Source of the DNA: a virus
Taxonomy: Duplodnaviria > Caudoviricetes
IMG/VR virus record: IMGVR_UViG_3300045771_000049
Location: 64,001-128,000 of that record
DNA length: 64,000 nucleotides
Strand: one strand, 5' to 3'
The notes beneath the pieces were generated by a model, which saw nothing but the letters and a program-made list of their open reading frames with translations, was not told where the DNA came from and made no database searches. Position numbers and translations under genes: made by a program. Each line of letters opens with the position of its first letter. Within the stretch, counting starts at the first letter, position 1. Below, in pieces: positions 59,211 through 64,000 of the stretch.

Positions 59211-60545
59211 TCAATCCTGCTTACGGCTGTGGTAGAGCCACAACATCTTGTACAACTGGTCTGCGTTCAAATCGGCGATCAGATCGCGCAGTTTCTGCGA
59301 CGGCTCATTCGGATGGTGGATACGGGCGAGTGCCAGCATCGCGGCTTGGGCCTTCGGTCGAGAATAGGTAGCTTTGAGCTTGGCGATACCGGCCGCCTCC
59401 GTGCCGGGGACGCCCGCAACGGCACGGTCACCATGGACCGTCTCATCCCAGGGCTGCAAATAATTCGGATCACCCTTGGTATCCACCACCTGCACCTGAG
59501 TGATAAAACTCTTTGCGTTGGTGATTTTGTTCGTTTTACTGGTAACGACCCATTCCCATTCGTAGTTGTCGCCCAGTGTGCCGTATTCATCGTCATCATC
59601 ATGTGGTGTGACGGTGTGGGATGCGGCCAGTTTGTGCCCATCTAACGTGAGGACCACGCCCCATCGGCCGCCCTGGGATGACATTCTGGCAAACCGAATC
59701 GCGACACTTTCATCTTCGGTGGTACTAAACCCGAGATTGCCTTGATCGTAGCTGTCGATGTCGAAGGTGTTGCTGGCGCGCATGTCCAGATACTGTTGGA
59801 GACCCGTGCCGTGATACAGCGTCTCGGGCACGCCGTTATGGCCGTGTCGCAAGGTCTCGCCCAGAATGTCAGTATGTGAGTTCACTCTGCCGTCGAGCAG
59901 CTTATCGCTAGACGTTTTTGATGGATCGAAGCTGGCGTGTCGGGTGCGGATATTGTTTGGATGAAACACCACGTAGCTGTCGCCTTTGCCTTCGACACGA
60001 TTGCCATAAACCAAACCGTCATAGCCTTGTCGCTCGGCGCTGGCTTGGATCGCGCGCCAAAAATCTGCGGCACTGGCTGTGAACTTGGCTTGTTGTTCGC
60101 TCTTAGACTTGTTCAGAGCGCCCCATTCACCACCCGCTGCGCGTCGCAATCGATCTGTTTGTTTCGCCAAGTCGAAAATACGATCATGATCCTCGTTATT
60201 CGGATCAAAACCTTTAGTGTTCAAACACCAAATCTTGGCGCGGTTCATATAGGTCGTTCGCAACGTAGAAAACATATCATAGACACGCAGGGGGTTATGC
60301 AGACGCAGTTTGACGGGAATAATATTTGCGCCCGGCTGATACTCCGCATTGTCAGGCGAACGAAATATTGGTCTTATGACTTTATCAGCCTGTTGAAGAG
60401 TCCCGAAATGCATCCCGATATCGCCAGTTCGGCGCGGATCGAACGCGTCAAAAGCAGCGGTCGTGCCGTGGTAGGCATCGATGTTGAAGCCTCGATCATC
60501 GGCGTCTTCCACCAGCCGTATCCATCGTCTCAGGGCATTTTCCAT
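59211..60545 (-). CDS. tandem two-ART-domain protein with leader
   Basis: Promoter 60550-60555; MENALRRWIRLVE; domain 1 AYHGT..GMHFG..GYDGLVY.N..EG; domain 2 LYHGT..GFSTT..A.RFA..YEWE. Confidence 0.75.
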   Translation of the reverse strand: MENALRRWIRLVEDADDRGFNIDAYHGTTAAFDAFDPRRTGDIGMHFGTLQQADKVIRPIFRSPDNAEYQPGANIIPVKLRLHNPLRVYDMFSTLRTTYMNRAKIWCLNTKGFDPNNEDHDRIFDLAKQTDRLRRAAGGEWGALNKSKSEQQAKFTASAADFWRAIQASAERQGYDGLVYGNRVEGKGDSYVVFHPNNIRTRHASFDPSKTSSDKLLDGRVNSHTDILGETLRHGHNGVPETLYHGTGLQQYLDMRASNTFDIDSYDQGNLGFSTTEDESVAIRFARMSSQGGRWGVVLTLDGHKLAASHTVTPHDDDDEYGTLGDNYEWEWVVTSKTNKITNAKSFITQVQVVDTKGDPNYLQPWDETVHGDRAVAGVPGTEAAGIAKLKATYSRPKAQAAMLALARIHHPNEPSQKLRDLIADLNADQLYKMLWLYHSRKQD

Positions 60546-60771
60546 GTGATATTTATGGCATACGCCTGACTAGGTGCTAACCCATTAACATTCACCCGTC
60601 AATCCTGCGACTGACGGGTGATGCCGGATGGACGCCCACAGAACCGTCTCCTACACGCCCACATCGCCAATCACTGTAGGCAGTTGGTTATTGGTCGTGT
60701 AATCGTAGTCTGACTACGATGGGCGGGCTTTGTCCAAACCTTTTCGCTCACTATTGCGATAGATAGCGATT

Positions 60772-60876
60772 ATGCGCTACGCTGAACTTCTCATGGAAAC
60801 CACGGTCCGGCTCACCGATCTGTACGATGAGCGAGACAAGTATATTGATCTCGCGGAGTATTCCGATGACGCATAG
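60772..60876 (+). pseudogene. leader-only micro-ORF
   Basis: MRYAELLMETTVRLTDLY.. (34 aa); promoter variant TAGATA at 60760-60765. Confidence 0.5.
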
Positions 60877-61399
60877 TCTTCGGCGTTGGATGAGGTTGAT
60901 CGAAGGCGATGCCACGGGATTGCTGTTTCATTCTACGACCGTCGATGCCGCGCTCAGGATCATCGCCAGTGGCACGATCAGGGGCACGCCGACCCATGTG
61001 GGCCATGAGTCGGGGGTCAGTCTGACGCGCAGCTTCAATTTCGCGCAATACTGGCGCGACGGCATCATGTTTGTGTTGGATACTGACAAGCTGAAATCCG
61101 AAAATCATCTGGTGCCGATCCAGTGGCGTCCGCATCACGGTGAGGCTAATCCAGGCGACGAGCAGGAGACCTTCGCCTATGGTTCGATCGCACTGGCCGA
61201 CACGTTGGTCAGCATCAATATCGGTAACCCATTTAAGATCGAGCCGTCGAAATGGGAGACACCCGAACGAGTGGCGCAATGGAAAACCAAGCTGGCCCCG
61301 CTGCTGACACATCCGAAACTAAACGCGTGGCAGCCAGTGGTTTCAGTTCCGAAGCCGAGGCGCAGGCGGACACTGCCATCAAAAGGAGCTTCGTTATGA
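60866..61399 (+). CDS. ART-like protein (LFHST..GVSLTRS..EQE) with leader
   Basis: GGAG RBS; MTHSLRRWMRLIE; paralog of 5937 and 22950. Confidence 0.65.
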   Translation: MTHSLRRWMRLIEGDATGLLFHSTTVDAALRIIASGTIRGTPTHVGHESGVSLTRSFNFAQYWRDGIMFVLDTDKLKSENHLVPIQWRPHHGEANPGDEQETFAYGSIALADTLVSINIGNPFKIEPSKWETPERVAQWKTKLAPLLTHPKLNAWQPVVSVPKPRRRRTLPSKGASL

Positions 61400-61617
61400 T
61401 TCAGCAATTCGATTATCTGCCCGGTCCGTGCCTACGATCCAGCCATTGCTGCAAGACGACTGCCTGCCGATTTGGCGAGTGGGACGCCGCCAAACATCAA
61501 TGTCGATTCCTCGAAGTGAGCGAATCGAGGCGCTGCCTTAATCGTACGGTGCCGCACTCAATCCCGCTTTTGGTCGCGGCTGTTGTCACCAGAACTCGCT
61601 GTTTCAGCGGATGCTGA
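61396..61617 (+). pseudogene. Cys-cluster protein, apparently frameshifted
   Basis: CLRSSHCC..C..CRFL; NPAFGRGCC lies in another frame. Confidence 0.4.
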
Positions 61618-61651
61618 AATGACTACTTCGGGTGAACTAAATATCGCTCTC

Positions 61652-61702
61652 ATGCGCTATCATCTAATGATGTTCGAGATCAGCACCGATCTGCTCGATT
61701 AG
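61652..61702 (+). pseudogene. leader-only micro-ORF
   Basis: TAAATA 61638-61643; MRYHLMMFEISTDLLD-stop. Confidence 0.5.
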
Positions 61703-61761
61703 GTTACGATCGAAACGAAGTCATGTGGGTATCTGCACACTCAAGTTTGTCGGAACCATGT

Positions 61762-62283
61762 TCATCGTCTTGACCACAGAACGGATGACCACGCTCCGAT
61801 ATCCACGCTGGCAAAGGGTGTCGCCGCGAACAAGTCCACCTGGAACTGGGACGACTGACTGATGGGATCGATGAGCGCGTCGGATGCGACTGGATCAGGG
61901 GTATCATCACCAAAGTCATGGTATAAGCGATCGAACAAAATGTGCTGCTGGTATGCCTGGGTCAGACCATCATCGCCGCCGCGAATGTAGAGCGGCAGAG
62001 GAACCGTGCCGATAAATTCATTGTCGTTCATCGGCAGAAGCCAGCCGGTTTGCTGGACGAACATGTAGGTATCGGCCAGCCGGGCGCGCAACCGCGTCAT
62101 GATCATACGCGGCACGTAGCGGCCGAATGGGACGAAAAGGTGAATTTGCATATTCGATGTGACCATGGACCATGCTGATGAGCCTGGGGTCGCCGAATGA
62201 TAAATCGGATCGAAGCTGATCGTCATGGTTTCTCGGGTCTCGGCGGCCAAATTTGCCACGCTGCTGATGACGATCATGTGCAC
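61762..62283 (-). CDS. late-promoter hypothetical (possible virion) protein
   Basis: Promoter within the 62286-62319 palindrome. Confidence 0.55.
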   Translation of the reverse strand: MHMIVISSVANLAAETRETMTISFDPIYHSATPGSSAWSMVTSNMQIHLFVPFGRYVPRMIMTRLRARLADTYMFVQQTGWLLPMNDNEFIGTVPLPLYIRGGDDGLTQAYQQHILFDRLYHDFGDDTPDPVASDALIDPISQSSQFQVDLFAATPFASVDIGAWSSVLWSRR

Positions 62284-62285
62284 TA

Positions 62286-62319
62286 TCCGCTAAATATCAG
62301 AGTTCTGATATTTAGCGGA
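62286..62319. promoter_or_regulatory. perfect 16-bp inverted repeat containing two opposed TAAATA motifs
   Basis: TCCGCTAAATATCAGA-gt-TCTGATATTTAGCGGA. Confidence 0.7.
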
Positions 62320-62365
62320 AGCCAACGGGTCTTTACGGCGTAGAAGTCGTCTGCGCCGTCATGGT

Positions 62366-63145
62366 TCACCAATGCATCGCTTCGAGCGCCATCACCACCT
62401 TTTGCACATCCGCTGCATAGAACCCGGCATGACTGAGGCAGCCGATCTCGACGATGCCAATGTCATCGCCTGCGACGTAAGTATCCAACACGAACGCCCT
62501 GGCGGGTTGCCACAGGGCGGCCATGCGACCGGCGAAATCGACAATGTAGGGATCGACGATATCGCTCTGGTTCGCTTGCCCGTTCAGCTTATAGTGACTG
62601 CTCGAAATGACGGCCTGATCGACAATAAAATGGCGATGCTCCTGGCCTGTCGATCGAACCGGGCCGTAGAGAATTCTGGTTTCCGCCAAGGTTCCCTGGC
62701 GGTGGAGGATATCCGCTTGCCAGACCCGAAAATCGGCGCGGGTGGAAACGCGTCCGGTAAAGCTCTTGTCGTCGAGCGATGGTCGGATGAAGAATTTGTC
62801 AAGCTCGGGATCAGCCTCGGCGATGGTGGTGAAGGTGATATCTTGATTGAGCAGGTAATCCCGTAAATGTGGGTGCCAGACTTCGTAGGAGAAGGCATGG
62901 TTCAACAGGCTGCCGGGTGTCCAGCCGCGCTGCATTGCGATGTGTGAGAGCATGATAGACCCATTTGTGATGATCGGTCCCGCGTGAGTCACTTCAGGGA
63001 TGAGTTCGTATGTGCCGCTCACCCGCACAATTTGATGCGGGATAGCAAATCGCCGCAAAGTTTCGAGCAAGGCCAGTCGTTCGTTTTGTTGGAACAGGTC
63101 TTCTTGGACGACCCAAAACATCTCGCTATCTGCCTCCGCCATCAT
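62366..63145 (-). CDS. ATP-grasp protein (R2K/DUF4343-like)
   Basis: FFIRP..DDKSFTG, EHRHFIVD, AFVLD, IVEIG..AGFY. Confidence 0.8.
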   Translation of the reverse strand: MMAEADSEMFWVVQEDLFQQNERLALLETLRRFAIPHQIVRVSGTYELIPEVTHAGPIITNGSIMLSHIAMQRGWTPGSLLNHAFSYEVWHPHLRDYLLNQDITFTTIAEADPELDKFFIRPSLDDKSFTGRVSTRADFRVWQADILHRQGTLAETRILYGPVRSTGQEHRHFIVDQAVISSSHYKLNGQANQSDIVDPYIVDFAGRMAALWQPARAFVLDTYVAGDDIGIVEIGCLSHAGFYAADVQKVVMALEAMHW

Positions 63146-63471
63146 TTGTGTTCACGTTTGTTGCGCTTTAGTCTGCGCCGATCCGGGCGCGGTCGCCGGT
63201 CAAGGCTGCGCACCACCTCGGCCATGATATACATCTGCTCCTTGAATACCGGATGGGCCGAAAAACATGCCTCCTGTTCTCCGGCGCGCGGTTTGCGTAA
63301 CCTCAGATCAAATTCATACACCAGAAATTGGGAACAGCCGATACAGACCGTCCAATCACCCGGCTCTGGACCCCGGTTATCGGTGATGTTGGACGCCACA
63401 TCAAGCAGCTTGTCGCAGTAGGGACAGCGACTTTTTGGCATCCGAAATTCATCGTCGCGGAGCTTCGGCAT
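63142..63471 (-). CDS. Zn-finger hypothetical protein
   Basis: CPYC..PEPGD..VCIGC. Confidence 0.6.
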   Translation of the reverse strand: MPKLRDDEFRMPKSRCPYCDKLLDVASNITDNRGPEPGDWTVCIGCSQFLVYEFDLRLRKPRAGEQEACFSAHPVFKEQMYIMAEVVRSLDRRPRPDRRRLKRNKREHK

Positions 63472-63514
63472 CGGTACCTAACACATTCATGGCCAATTAA
63501 ACCGCATTTGCAGA

Positions 63515-63875
63515 GTGTGCAAGGTGTGCTTTTCGGCCAAAGTCTCTAAGGGCTGTAATGGTCGTCTCAGGATAACTGCCACTGTTCACAATGTCTCCCA
63601 ATCAAACCCCCCATTCCTCCTGGTTGTGGGGGCAAAACCATTACTTACTACTCACCCGGTTCGAACGTCACAGTCTGTGCTGGAGGAACGTCCTCGGTCA
63701 CCCGATTCAGAAGGCCAGCTTACCGTTCCACGCCGCCGTAGCTTCCATATCCCTGCGGCTCTACGCCCGTTTCAACAGCAGCATCCACGGGACCACTTGA
63801 TTCGGCTCGCGACACCGTTTCCGCCGCTCGACACTCTTTAAAGGATGAGATTCTACCCCCACCTTCCTTGCAGGC
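63515..63875 (-). ncRNA. candidate large structured RNA
   Basis: Long-range 14-bp and 9-bp helices with G-U pairs on the minus strand, terminal 7-bp closure, no convincing ORF. Confidence 0.45.
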
Positions 63876-64000
63876 CGCTGTATGACCGATCAGCGCGCCG
63901 CGAGTCAACGATAATTTCCTATTGACGTTGTTTGAGTGCATGTCTTATACATATCGCTATGAGCAACACACCCACCACGACCCGGCGCGACGAACGCGAT

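Noticed and set aside
1-64000. Genome-wide stop-codon reassignment
   Set aside because: Long core genes are intact in code 11, end in all three stop codons, and no suppressor tRNA is seen

Overview
This window looks like part of a GC-rich jumbo myovirus with a T4-like late-gene logic, probably infecting an alphaproteobacterium (the host-like genes rpmG, creA, yidB, GYD and ParB-like point that way). Virion genes are two S74-chaperoned tail fibres, a tape-measure-like protein, baseplate hub gp26/gp51-like proteins and other conserved structural ORFs. It also has four tRNAs, a frameshifted ribosomal protein L33, three DNA amino-methyltransferases (one split and fused to a GNAT), a dCMP deaminase, a DHH phosphoesterase and a complete prkA(yeaG)-yeaH-spoVR(ycgB) operon. 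There are three inteins. The main candidate system is about 17 dispersed ORFs with one design: most have a TAAATA late promoter, often only 4-8 nt before the start codon (apparently leaderless), then a short N-terminal leader ending in hydrophobic-x-E (MRYxE(F/L/I)xxE or MxxLRxWxxL(V/I)E) that resembles the T4 capsid-targeting sequence, then a variable enzyme payload. Most payloads are ADP-ribosyltransferase-like (YHGT) domains of several families, which suggests a modular set of capsid-packaged effectors injected with the DNA. Two arrays of covarying hairpins with 8-nt CRISPR-handle-like tails flank one ART cluster. A candidate ~370-nt pseudoknotted ncRNA lies near the right end. All calls come from reading motifs by eye; no database searches were run.
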